A DNA stretch of 61,106 nt, the filler included, from Sphacelaria rigidula (Eukaryota): the NCBI GenBank assembly GCA_964200075.2. It is 8 parts of 8 records of this genome, joined end to end, with 100 filler letters (N's around TTAATTAATTAA, not from the genome) between each part and the next. Parts side by side here need not be neighbours in the genome. Positions count along the whole stretch, not along the records: positions 7,652 to 15,202 come from CAXNAA020014368.1; positions 15,303 to 22,853 come from CAXNAA020014369.1; positions 22,954 to 30,504 come from CAXNAA020014370.1; 5 more parts are not named here. One strand, 5' to 3'. The stretch's first letter is position 1. Each line of letters begins with the position of its first letter. The position numbers and the translations under genes are program-made. The notes beneath the pieces were generated by a model, which saw nothing but the letters and a program-made list of their open reading frames with translations, did no database searches and was not told where the DNA came from. Of this stretch, positions 13,053-24,312 are shown piece after piece.

Positions 13053-13799
13053 GGTCAAGAGAAAGAAAGGGACCCTAAAGTTCCACACCTCATCCATTTG
13101 TTGTGCAATCCTGCGTGACATGAATCTATACTTTATACACCAGTCTCCCATGGCGAGTGCTCGTTTCCAGATACCCCACCTGGGGTAGGTAGGTAGATAC
13201 GCAATTCGTAACCGCGCATCAGGTTATAACGCATGCTCATGCGAGCTATCAATTTATCAACCAGCAAAACCAAGACATATGTTTGTTCCCTAGGCTTAAC
13301 CTCACTTTCCCCATGTATGAATAGTCTGTCTTTATGTCTCCAAGGATGGAACCATGTCTGCTATGATGTTTTTTCATGTTTCCCCTGTTTTCGTCATGCC
13401 TCTAGCTCCCCCCCTCGCCCTTATGGTCGTATGACTAAAGCATGCATGATCATGGTTCCCCCCCCCCCCCTCCTTCCTGGGGACGAGTCCGTAATCTCGA
13501 GTGGTCAACCCATCTTCCCCCCTCCCCTAAATAGGTGTCTACCTTGAATGTTGATATCGCGAATTGGATCATGACTACCAGCACATTCCGGCATCCGTCA
13601 ACCGTCATCTAATCTTCTTTGATACGAGTACTCGCGTTCGCATGCTTTCAACGACGGAAATGGCAGATCCTGCTGACGAGATCGTGCCTCTTGAGATGAG
13701 ACGAACCCAGAACCGGGGGAAAATTCGGCTTTTGCGGGTGACATACTGGAAAATATGCGCCTGCACTGAAGATTCAAGAGGAAAACGCGCACAGACCAC

Positions 13800-14070
13800 G
13801 AAGGGTCGGAAGAATAATCGCTGATCCGAATCACAAAATTTACGATTTCTGAAGCCTGACTGCTCGAAAGAGAGGGATGTTGACCGCGGGTAAAGAGAAA
13901 AGAGTCTGTTCTCGGCCCAAATTTTGCGCTATTGAACGTGCCTGCGGTGCGTGAACCTGGGTTGCGACACTGAAAACAAAACCCGAGGATTGATTCGCAC
14001 GGTACGTTCCAACTACACCAAGGGCACGTAGGTTCCAGACGATATCGTTTCTCGTTTGATCCTGGCAAAG
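13800..14070 (+). repeat. Dispersed repeat with a relative at about 43950-44190
   Basis: Shared cccaa.ttttgcgc.att..acgtg.ctg...acctgggttg..acactgaaaa.aaa.cc..ggattgattcg.acg. Confidence 0.7.
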
Positions 14071-14085
14071 CACGCACGAACACAT

Positions 14086-14086
<1 letters not shown>

Positions 14087-14156
<70 letters not shown>
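14087..14156. repeat. (CA)n microsatellite
   Basis: Directly visible. Confidence 0.97.
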
Positions 14157-14157
<1 letters not shown>

Positions 14158-14215
14158 CCTAGCGTTTTCCCTCGTTCTGCCATTGGTTGCTCGCATTATC
14201 GACGAACAAACGCAG

Positions 14216-14413
14216 AGAGATGAGGTCGACAGCGCCATGGAAGTTCTGACGATGCTGGAGGGGCACGAGGCAAGAAACGGAAACTCGAAGGACCACTCCA
14301 AGCTCAGGTTCCGCTCGTACCAACCAGTGATTCGCGGCCTGGTCCGCAAGGGAGACATGGAGGCAGTCATGAAGCTGTGGAAGCACATGAAATGGCACAA
14401 CGTCTTACCTAAG
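14216..14413 (+). CDS. PPR protein, internal exon B (PRORP/PPR_long-like segment)
   Basis: GCAG| acceptor and AAG|GTGTGA donor. Phase 0 joins exon A in frame (..IIRLRVQ|RDEVDSAMEVL..). KLRFRSYQPVIRGLVRKGDMEAVMKLWKHMKWHNVLPK resembles the LRSY.P.L..F...GD...A......M....V.P PPR of PRORP proteins. Confidence 0.85.
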
Positions 14414-15617
14414 GTGTGATGTCCGGTCGAAGTGGTGAGGGGCTCGAAATATGCTGTTGACCCGGGAATTTATGCTCCAGTGGGATATCGAAAACGATGA
14501 TGAATGTACATCAACGACGGAGTCATGCGACCATAGGAGAGGGGGGCGGGAGTTGATTCCACGAAAAAAAGGCTCATAGATATGTCAGACGACTTAACAC
14601 ACTTATATTTGGGAAAAAGCGGTGTGAAGCACACTGCTTTGAGCGGTATTTGCTACATTCGAGTATGTTGAAAAATCGTACTCTCGAGTAGCGTAGAGTA
14701 TTGAGATCGTACTCAATGGCCAGCTCAATGGCCAGATATTGGGTAGAGGGTTGTAGTCGTATCTCACTTCACCCATTGTTTGGGTAGACTTCGGAGATCA
14801 GACGACCGCTACACGAAGTTCGGGGGGGTTGACACCCGGTTATTTACCTTACCCAAGACACCCTTGGAAACTACATGTGGTGGGATTTAGACCCGCAATC
14901 TTCCGCCGTAACTGCTGGCCTCAGTTGCACCAGTTTAATACTACCGGGGCGCAGCGGCAACCATGGGGTGTATATATAATGTCACCCTCATACAGGATAC
15001 GGGGTAGATACAGTACAAGAGTGGCCCAACGAATCAGGCTCATGGCCCAAAACACCGTCTCGTCGGGCAGGGCGTTGATGCAGTTCATGGAAGAGTTTGT
15101 GCGAATACGTGGTATAGGCCCTCCCCCCCCCGCCGCGTACGAGTCCCCGGTGAAGAGGGGGGCAGCCCACTGTGAAGAGGGCTGGGAATATTGGAGATAG
15201 TTNNNNNNNNNNNNNNNNNNNNNNNNNNNNNNNNNNNNNNNNNNNNTTAATTAATTAANNNNNNNNNNNNNNNNNNNNNNNNNNNNNNNNNNNNNNNNNN
15301 NNGCGGGGGCCCGCGGTGTTCTCGCCGGACCAGGCGAAATGGGGGGGGGGGGGGGATAATAAAATGCACCGCGTAGGATCCCGTCAGGCCCAGTTTACAC
15401 GCATCAAAAGTGACTGGGTTTATAGAGAAAAAGGGGGGAAAGAGGAGCTCAATCGGGCGTTGATCGGAGTCGAAGTTGGGGCGACACAAATTCTGCAATT
15501 TTAAGACACGTTTTGTTGGGGAAACAACTAGTCACACACAGCAATCATAGCAGCGACGCTGACACTGAAGAGTGCATTTTCTCTGTGGCTTTGCTGTGCG
15601 TTATTTCGGCTTCGCAG

Positions 15618-15724
15618 AAAGCCTCAATATTGCAGAGGCACAGCAAACCCAGGGTCGACGAAAATCGTTGTCTACGAGCCTATCGAGGGTCGAAAGGAGA
15701 GTGTCTATCTCCGCTGATCTTCGG
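15618..15724 (+). CDS. RRxS-rich low-complexity protein, exon a
   Basis: TCGCAG| acceptor and CGG|GTGAGC donor. Encodes SLNIAEAQQTQGRRKSLSTSLSRVERRVSISADLR and ends in phase 0. Confidence 0.7.
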
Positions 15725-16178
15725 GTGAGCTGCAAGTTTCGACATACTCCGGTCGTTTTTTTTTTCGTTTCGTCGCTTCCGTGTCATTTATCGTATCTTG
15801 TTATCTTCGCGTCCGCCGTCGTCGCTGGAGATCTGAGTCGGCGTCATGAACTGCCGTGTGCCGTAGTGTGACGGTAGACGCGCAGGAAATGACCACTTGT
15901 CGCAGTCTGAGGTTTCATGGTGATCTGGATCTCCTCTGCGGTACCGCCCTCAGCAAAAAAAAACGACAATAGAATGCAGATGCATCGCAGCTTACATCTT
16001 TACTCCCCAACACGAATACGGTCGGCGCCTGGTTGAGGACGGCGCACAGGGACAGAGCGCAATAAAACGTTGGGGCCTGCCCCATGCAGAACATCATAGC
16101 TATCACAACCACTCGTCCTGAGAGGTTATCTACACGGCATCTTTCTATGCTTCCTAATGATCCCGTTGCAAATCTCAG

Positions 16179-16595
16179 CGGGATGTGCACACCGGGGATT
16201 CGAGGCGATTCTCCGCTACCACCGATCCCGAGAATCTCATCGGTCGGCGACGATCTGTGGCAATGACCGAAGATTCGAGGCGATTCTCCGTTACCACCGA
16301 TCCCGAGAATCTCATCGGTCGGCGACGATCTGTGGCAATGACCGAAGAGGTCGGTGGTGCGGGCGCACGGCGAAAATCCATCGCAAGAACGCCGTCCTCT
16401 GTGGGACACGGACGCCGAGGAAGCTACCAAGATCCCAACGGCCGGCGAAAATCAATCTTGATATCGAGAGACAATGGCGGTGGAGGGGACGACGGCAGCG
16501 GACGACGGCGGTCCAGCGCACGGCGGCAGTCCAACGCACGACCCTTAGGCCCTGAGGTACCCGGGCGCCGAGGATCCATGTTCGAGCATATGAAG
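16179..16595 (+). CDS. RRxS-rich low-complexity protein, exon b, with a 75-bp in-frame tandem duplication at 16197-16346
   Basis: CTCAG| acceptor and AAG|GTACAC donor, phase 0 at both ends. DSRRFS.TTDPENLIGRRRSVAMTE occurs twice, plus many RRxS motifs. Confidence 0.78.
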
Positions 16596-17913
16596 GTACA
16601 CACGTTCCGCAAAAGCGTCGTTTCTGTGCTGCAGCATACCATTTGTTCAGTGCGATTGAAGGTACACCAGCGTGTTGTCCCGTGTGAAATTCATCTATTT
16701 CAGTCATGGCATAGAGGTAGGGCGATGCCGTGTGCTTGCTGCTCATAGGTGGCAAAGGGGTGTACTCATGATCATGCATGCCATAGTCACAAGAGGTGGC
16801 AAAGGGGAGGTTTGGCGTTCCTCTCATTTTTCGTCGTATCTTTCATCCTTCCCCTTCCTCGGGATGGATCCATAGTCTCAAGGGATCACCCCTGTCTCTC
16901 CCTCGACATCTCCTTAACCAATCATCGAGGATTGGATCAAAGTTCCTACACCTCATCGACTCCAGTCGAACAGTCTCTGGTACTCTATGATCTCATGCTC
17001 TCCACGGCCGGAACCCTATTCCCGTTAATTAGAACGCATCTGTTGAGACAAAGACCTCGATCTTGACAGGTCGTAGTAATGTTTTTTCAACATCATCTGG
17101 TTTCCGTCGTTGGAAACGTGAGGACGCGAGTAGCGAAAACAAATTCGACGAGAGCCGACGGGGTGCGGGAGTGAAAGCCCGATCCGCGATGCCAAGATGT
17201 CGGGCATTCACCGGAGGAGAGAATGGTTGATCCCCCGAGATGAAGGATTGGTCCCGACCAAGAGGAAAGGTTCGAGAGTATGGCGGGAAGATGTACACGC
17301 GTGCACGGTCCAATGGATGAATGGGAGACACCGTCGGCCGTACATTCAAGTACACATGTAACATCGTGCAGTTGCCGTGTTATGACAGCATGAGAAGAAT
17401 TGTCACGTCATCTGAGGGATTGCTTGTCTAGCGGTCATTAGAGAGGATGCCGCTCACCTATGAAGGTGTGATTTACCAGCATTTCAAGCGGTAATCTTTG
17501 TTAACATATTCGGGGATTGAACAGGTGTACTCGTCGTGTACTTTGGTGAGGATTAAAGGTCGCACCGTATTCCGATCGTTTCTTGTTTTCGCAGCCCTCG
17601 CCCCGAGGTAATAACACCTCGTTTTTATTCACTAGTCAGCGCAGCATTGCTCAGTCTATTTGTTTTATTTTTCGGTACCAGTTCCGGGTTGACACTAACT
17701 GGGCAATCACGAGGGAAAGCATCGAAGGAGATCACACAAGTTCTCCTTGTGATAAACACCTACCGCACGAATCATTGAGAGGATATATATATATATATAT
17801 ATATACGCATCTGGCATGAGTGTCTATACCACTCCCAGCCAAAAGTTTCATAATTGCTAACTGTGGGGGGTCTCCAACCGTTTGACAGCACCACCCCCTG
17901 TCTTATTTTCCAG

Positions 17914-18090
17914 GTGTATGACCCTTCCACCTTTGGCGATTCCGTGCCACAAACATCTCCGAGAACATCGGCGTCTGAGAGTCTCACGAGACGAAAATCA
18001 TCAACAGCTAGCCGCGTTGCTAAGCGGACGTCTAGGGTTGGCCCAGGAAGACGACTGGAGGACGCCCTCGGCGATCGCGACAGCCCGCCG
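17914..18090 (+). CDS. RRxS-rich low-complexity protein, exon c
   Basis: Polypyrimidine tract, CAG| acceptor and CCG|GTGCGC donor, phase 0. Encodes VYDPSTFGDSVPQTSPRTSASESLTRRKSSTASRVAKRTSR... Confidence 0.7.
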
Positions 18091-18204
18091 GTGCGCACAA
18101 CATATGATTCCATCGAGTACTGTAAAAAAGCAAATCTCGTTTTCCCAGCTTGATTATTCTGCTTGTAGGACAATATATGTTTGAGCCAAATAGCAAGTGA
18201 AGAT

Positions 18205-18655
18205 CATGAACAGCTGATCATTGAAATTGAGGATGGAGCTTTTCATTGAGGATGACAACCCGAAAAATTAAAATCTTCGTATCCACACGAAATCTCCGAA
18301 ATATGGTTCCATTCCTTCACCGAATTGTAGCTATTGACAACTGCTACACGCCCTACAATTTTCGATCTGAAAACCCGAAATGTTGAGGTCCCAGATGAAA
18401 AACCAGTTTCGAGGAATTCAGGTGATGCGATCGGATCGCCGAAATTCCTCGAAATTGGTTTTTCATCTGGGACCCCAACATTTCGGTTATCGAAATCCAA
18501 ATTTGTACGACATGTAGTACTTGTCAGTAGCTACCAGTAGGTGGAGGAATGGAACCTGTTTCGAAGATTCGGTGTGGATACAAAGATTTTAATCTTTCGG
18601 GCTCTCATCCTCAATGAAAAGCTCCATCCTCAATTTCGATGATCGGCTGTTCATG
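18205..18655. mobile_element. Near-fully palindromic (foldback) MITE of about 450 bp. Fragment at 30605-30675, related element at 41159-41576
   Basis: catgaacagctgatcattgaaattgaggatggagcttttcattgaggatga... pairs with ...tcatcctcaatgaaaagctccatcctcaatttcgatgatcggctgttcatg over about 215 bp per arm. Confidence 0.92.
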
Positions 18656-18994
18656 GGAGTGGGAGCTGAGTTGATGTTGTGCACAAGTGAGTCGTCAACT
18701 ATGAGCAGTGGGTGTAGTCTATCTTTGTAGCAATTCAACGTATATATTTCGTGTCCCGGGTAGATTAGCCTGCCACTTTTCGAAGCATCTGTTCATCATG
18801 TAGTATATCAAGTACAAAACGAGGTATTCATTGTCTTTGAAGTTGATAGGACCACTTATGACAGGAACGAAAAAACATTAATCGACAGTGCTCATGTTGA
18901 CCCTTCGGCACCGTTTTTCGCGTAAAGTGGTGGCCAAGCCCGTCACCTCTGGTAGTTGGGACGGTATGTACGGTGTGCATATCCTCGCCTTCAG

Positions 18995-19060
18995 GTTCAG
19001 CTGAGCGCGCGTACCTACCCACGTCAAAGTGTGCTGGAAACGTCTCAGTCAGTAGAGCAG
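18995..19060 (+). CDS. Candidate further exon of the RRxS-rich gene (VQLSARTYPRQSVLETSQSVEQ)
   Basis: TTCAG| acceptor, CAG|GT donor, 66 nt, phase 0 compatible with exon c. Confidence 0.45.
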
Positions 19061-20822
19061 GTCACTCGGAGTTGGCATTATCCGCCTGGCCGTCTTGACT
19101 CGCTACAAAAACCGTCGGGGGGTCGACATATGAACTTTTATTTTTTTATTTTATCACTTTGTCATTTTGTTTCCACTGGAATTCGCTGTAGGACCAAAAT
19201 AACGGACCGATTCAAAGCACACGTTGCGGCGTGAAATACGGCCCGGCGTGCAATGTCGCCTCCAGATGGCTTGGTCTACTCTCTGAGAGAATTCTGCCTC
19301 ACGCTTTGCGCAGTTTGTCGTTGGGTCGACAAAAAAACAAAACGCGGACAAAATCGGACAAATCTTCGCAATGTACTGAAGTGCACGAGGTTTTGCTTGC
19401 ATTCTCGGGATCGAAAACGTTCGTTTGATTGTATTTGTCGAGCCAAAATCATAATGCGCGCACGAGTACCCGCCAAAGTGTACAACAGAGCTAGACATCC
19501 CGAGGCGGCCCTATTCACCTCGCCGTGTCGCCACGCGAAAAGCGCTGTCAAAGGCCCTAAATGTGCACTTTTCATTTGCTTCGCTCGTTTGGTCCCATAG
19601 GACGTGGTCTAAGAAGCCGTCTCCCTCCGCCGGTACACAAAGCACATTCATCTATGGAAGAGCAAGTAGTGAAGAACGTCTGGTTTCACTCTTTCGGCTG
19701 TCATCCTGGTCCCGAGTTCGTTGTACTTGCGACGCTGTAATTTCTCTGTTGGGCTACGAGGCGGGATTCTTGTGATTACGTGTGCGTGTACATTTGTGTG
19801 CTGTTTTTTGTTGCGTTGCCATTACACTGCAGTGTCATCGTTGATGGTGTTTGTGGTGGTTTGTGGTGGTTTTGCTGCCGCTGCTGCTGTCGGTGCCGGT
19901 TTTTTTCAGGCACTACTGTGCCACGTGTTTGTATTGGATGTGCGCGGCAACGCACTAGCTTCACCTCCGCATTTCCACCCCGCGCCGACTCACTGATGTT
20001 TGCGCAGGGTAGCGAGAGACTGGATGAAACGACCCCTGCACGCTTTGCCCAGTAGAAAAACAAAACAATGGAGTTCTTGACCCTCGTATAGAGGACGCGG
20101 GAAGGACGGCAACCTCGCTGGAAATGGGCAACCGGCGCCATGAATCGAAGAGGAGATACAACTTGTTTTTAGTTGTGCATGAATGCTGGGCAGGGTCTGC
20201 TGAGGTAGACCTAGGCCTGACAGTAAGATGGGCTAGAGAGGAGGATGGCTGTCAAGAAATTGAAATCTTACGCTACGGCAGGCGTGTTGAAGTAGACATT
20301 TGTATAGTAGATTATCGCAGGCGTTGCCCTCGGTATGATACCGTCCACTGCTGCTGACGGAGCACAGTCGTGGATTGTCTCCAGCCGGCTCAGCCGACGG
20401 CCACTGAAGTGGCAATGTTCTTCAGCATGTTGGAGCAATATCGTTGGAAGAGTTCAGAACAGCATGATCTACCTTCCCCATGCTCTCATGCTCTCGCTTG
20501 CTGCAGAAGCAAGAGCCGCAGAAAGGCAGCAGAAGTGGGTGCGTGAGCGTTTCCTGCTGGCCCTTTGCTTTACCGACGTGCTTCTTTTGCCGCCCTCCCG
20601 CCACCCCGTTTCTCCTCGGTTTCCTCAGCTGGCGCGACACGCGCGTGAAAGCGAATATCATATACGAAAGACGGCTTGCCAGCCTCACTCGAAACACTCT
20701 CTCAATATAAAAAAAGGCAATGTGCAACGTAAAAAAGGTACACGCGCTCCAAATACACCCTGTTAAAATCAGCAAGACACCGAAATCGCGATCGGTGTAC
20801 GCATTTATGTATTTGTCTGGCC

Positions 20823-21179
20823 GGTCGCCCCGGTGGCTCAGTTGGTAACCTCGAAACCTTCTGACGATCGGATCGTGGGTTCGAAACTGGGAGCGATCTA
20901 GGATTTTTTTTCATGCCCAACAAGGGAGAGCGACTCTATCGTAGGTACACAAAATTCGACTTGATGGTTGACGAGGGAAAGGGACCGCTGAACCCCTCTC
21001 GCGATAAAAAGTAAAGGCAGGCACCACAGAAGGAAGGTGTAGTATTAAACAAAAAACAAGAAGGAAAATAACTCCTGTGCTGGCCTTCCTCTTGTGTGAC
21101 GCCGGCTGGTGCGCCCACATATACCGAAAGGTGTAGACCGGCGTCCAGAATACTGTAGATGGGACGGCAACACACACAC
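20823..21179 (+). mobile_element. tRNA-derived SINE, near full-length (about 355 bp) with (CA)n tail
   Basis: Head GGTCGCCCCGGTGGCTCAGTTGGTAA (A box) and GTGGGTTCGAAAC (B box), a conserved body, and the tail gggacggcaacacacacac. Seven copies are spread over several contigs. Confidence 0.9.
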
Positions 21180-23009
21180 GAATAATGTATTTAACATTTT
21201 TCACCACCTTCGCTGAGTTTTCTCTGCCGACAAGGCATTTTTTTTCCGCGCACTAAGGCTCAGCAGCACGTTGCCGCGTTCAGGTTTGGGTGTCATCTGA
21301 TACCTTTGATGCGTGTTCTGGCCACCGAAAGTCGCTCAAACTGGCCCTTTTTCGCAGTGTGTCGATCCCGAAGCACAAAAGCCTGTTGGAGATCATGGAA
21401 AACTTCAAACAGGATTACTTTTGGCGGGGTGTCTTCCCCCCGTGTTTTTCTTTGCCGCGTTCTCGTTCATTTGGGATCACGAACACACCGGTTATGCCGC
21501 CAATGTCACGAGGACATGAGAGCAAAGAAGTTGAAACTATGGAAAATTGCCTTCGCCTCAGACATTTTTCACGATACCCCCCCCCCCGAAACCAGCTAAA
21601 AGTGTCACGAAAAAAATCGTCATACAGCGCCTGATGTTGGGGTTCAGGCTGCATAAAGCGCCTCATATTGGCGACATTGGCTAGAAGGAACCTAAGCGTG
21701 GGGATTCCCAGCTTCTCGTTGTGCTCGGCTTTTCCTATTTCGATTTACGTGAAGATTTTGCCTCTCAAAACCATGCATGCTTTGGGGGGGGGGCTATCCT
21801 AGAAAGTGTCCTTAGTCAGAAGCAAATACAAGACCGTGCAATGGGCCGTTGGCGAGTTGAACAAGGCACAACATCACGGCAGCACAGGAATGTTTAGCCG
21901 AACAAAACAATCACCCTGTTTAACGAAAAAAGGCCAGGTGATGTTGAAGCAACAGTGATGTACAACGAACATCCCAAGAATGTTCCACGCATTCCGATTT
22001 TCCGGGAAGTGTTTCCCGCTGTCATGTCTTTGTGGCACGAGAGCTACGTCGCACTCTGGCACCTCGGGAATACCACATACGCCCTACGCCGGCAGTTCCG
22101 CCGTCGGCCTCCGTCCGAATTCCCATATTTCCGAACGACATTTCATAACACACGCGATGTTTTGTATAGCCACGATCACCACTGTACATCGACATACAGC
22201 AGCCTCTCTTGACCATATAATTTCGACTGGCGTCACCCCCGGGAGGCCCGTACCAACCTCCCGAAGGGGAACCTTGTAGTATGTATATTTTGAAACACTT
22301 GAACCACTCCCCATCCTCGGGACGGGCCTGTGGTTTCAAGGAATCAATCCATCTCTCCCGGCACACGCCTTGCATTTTGACATCGCACATTGAATGCGCA
22401 TTCCTGGATCGCGTCGAGTCTTGTTGAGCAAGCTAATTTTGCTAGTCATCATCAGCAGATATCACGCTTCCAACGACGGAAACCTGATACAATAAGCACT
22501 GTCCTGTAAAAAAAAGTCTAAACTCACCTGCGGGAAACCGAGCCCACATGTTCCTGACCTCGTTACTTCAGCTACACCACTAGATCACCGGGGAGCGTAT
22601 ATCTGGCACTCATTCGTCCACCGCGCGAAACCTTTACGCAACCAGATAGGAGGACCACTTATCTATGAATCGTTGGAAAATTGCGTGTGCGTGTACGCAG
22701 TGTGCGATCATGTGTTTGGCTTGCAAAAGAACACGATACTGTGTGCCTACTGTGGGGGTTGTATCAGAGCATATGTTCATACTCCAATGAAACAGCAATT
22801 AACAGTGGATTCTCGAAAATGGGGTCGGAAGAAAAATGAGGTTCAACTCAAAANNNNNNNNNNNNNNNNNNNNNNNNNNNNNNNNNNNNNNNNNNNNTTA
22901 ATTAATTAANNNNNNNNNNNNNNNNNNNNNNNNNNNNNNNNNNNNNNNNNNNNCGGGGAGCGGTTGATTCTCATTTCAAAATACGTTCTCATTTTTCTGG
23001 CAACCCTGT

Positions 23010-23897
23010 TTATTGCCGTGGCCGGAATACTCCACCACCCCGATGATGATCTCTACCCAAACGGAACTTTAAAATCTGCTCATCATATGTAATCTCTGAA
23101 CACGTATGATAACATGGTTGCTTTTTCTGAGTCTACTTGCGATTGTCTATATGTTGTCTTGACGTCAATTTTGGCAATTCGAATCGGAGAGTTTGGTCCG
23201 AGTTTATGCCGTAATCCGGTAATTCGTTTTTGTATGCGTGGTAGAATTTCGCCTAGTTGGACCCCCGGTGCCGTCGCGAAGTTCATGTCTCCGTTCACCC
23301 CAGATGGGTCTTCCTTACTCCCACGCTTGCCGAACGATCAATCTAATACTGTCTCTGTCCCATAAGTAAAGGTACCTTAACTTGTATAGGCCCTTAACGA
23401 TGTCCGATCGTTTTTTTATTTTTTAATGAACTCTACGGTGATTTTTGGGTTAAGAAAATGTGTTTGAAATTTGGAGCTGGTGCTTGAACCATGCCGCCCA
23501 ACGGCTGCTAAAAGGTAGTCAGCCCAAAATGGCCGCTTTTTGCCCCTTTCCGAGGGGAAAAAATATGTCGATTTTTTTTATCGCGGAGGACTTCCTGGCA
23601 GTAATCCCCAGTGGAGGCGGGGGCGGTTAAAACAAAATCAAAAAACAAAAATTCGACACTTTTTCACCCTCTTGGAAAGGGGCAAAAAACGGCCATTTTG
23701 GGGCCGACTACTTGTTTTGCAGCCGTTCGGCGGCATGGTTCAAGCACGAGTTGCAAATTTCAAACACGTTTTTTTGACTCAAAAACACCGTAAAGCTTAT
23801 TTAAAAAAGAACGATCGGACATCGTTAAGGGCCCGTACAAATTCGGGTACCTTTACTCATGGGACAGAGGAAGTATTAATCGAGATTTGGATGGATT
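23010..23897 (-). pseudogene. DIRS/Ngaro-like (tyrosine-recombinase retrotransposon) reverse transcriptase fragment, interrupted by a MITE
   Basis: Reads NPSKSRLI|LD*SFG...VNGDM...GEILPRIQKRI..LR......IRIAKIDVKTTYRQSQVD...YVF...DFKVPFG*RSSSGWW. This matches the R.I.DLS / K.D...A.RQ / L.FG.RSSP motifs of DIRS-type RT. In-frame stops are present. Confidence 0.78.
23349..23873. mobile_element. Stowaway/Tc1-mariner-like palindromic MITE with TA target duplication
   Basis: TA|ctgtctctgtcccataagtaaaggtacc ... ggtacctttactcatgggacagaggaag|TA. Arms pair over about 220 bp and the terminus resembles the Stowaway CTCCCTCCGTCCC. Confidence 0.85.
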
Positions 23898-24262
23898 CGT
23901 CATGAAGACGCATATTAGCCTGTTGCCATGCCGCTTCAGACCATTTGTCAAGCCTGACTATTTGCTTTCTGGTGTTCCGGTATCCAAGTCTGCAGGTCGG
24001 TTCAGAGTTGGTCGGGTACGAATATGAGCTTGTATATGGTAGAGGTTGTGACAGCCAGATGTGCACAATATGCAGATCTGGCACCTACTGTCTCACTACT
24101 ACTCCTCTACCCCTCTTCCAGCCAAAGAAGTCTAAAGCATCGGTGAGACTCATTGACTGAGTTAGATTGGATTGGTTGATTGAATACTGGAAGGTAGAGA
24201 CAAGATAACAAAGAAGAAGAAGAGAACCACGCGTGAGAACTCATCCTGACACGCTGTGTGTG

Positions 24263-24312
24263 AAGCTGTGCCGAGCTGTGCCGAGCTGTGCCGAGCTGTG
24301 CTGAGCTGTGCC
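24263..24312. repeat. 10-bp tandem repeat (agctgtgccg) x5 inside the 5' LTR
   Basis: Directly visible. Confidence 0.9.

Noticed and set aside
13598..14400. CVCVCV / HTHTHT ORFs, and the poly-Ile ORF at 9280-9591
   Set aside because: These are translations of microsatellites.
20823..20900. tRNA gene
   Set aside because: The cloverleaf is imperfect and always fused to the same downstream body, so it is a SINE head.
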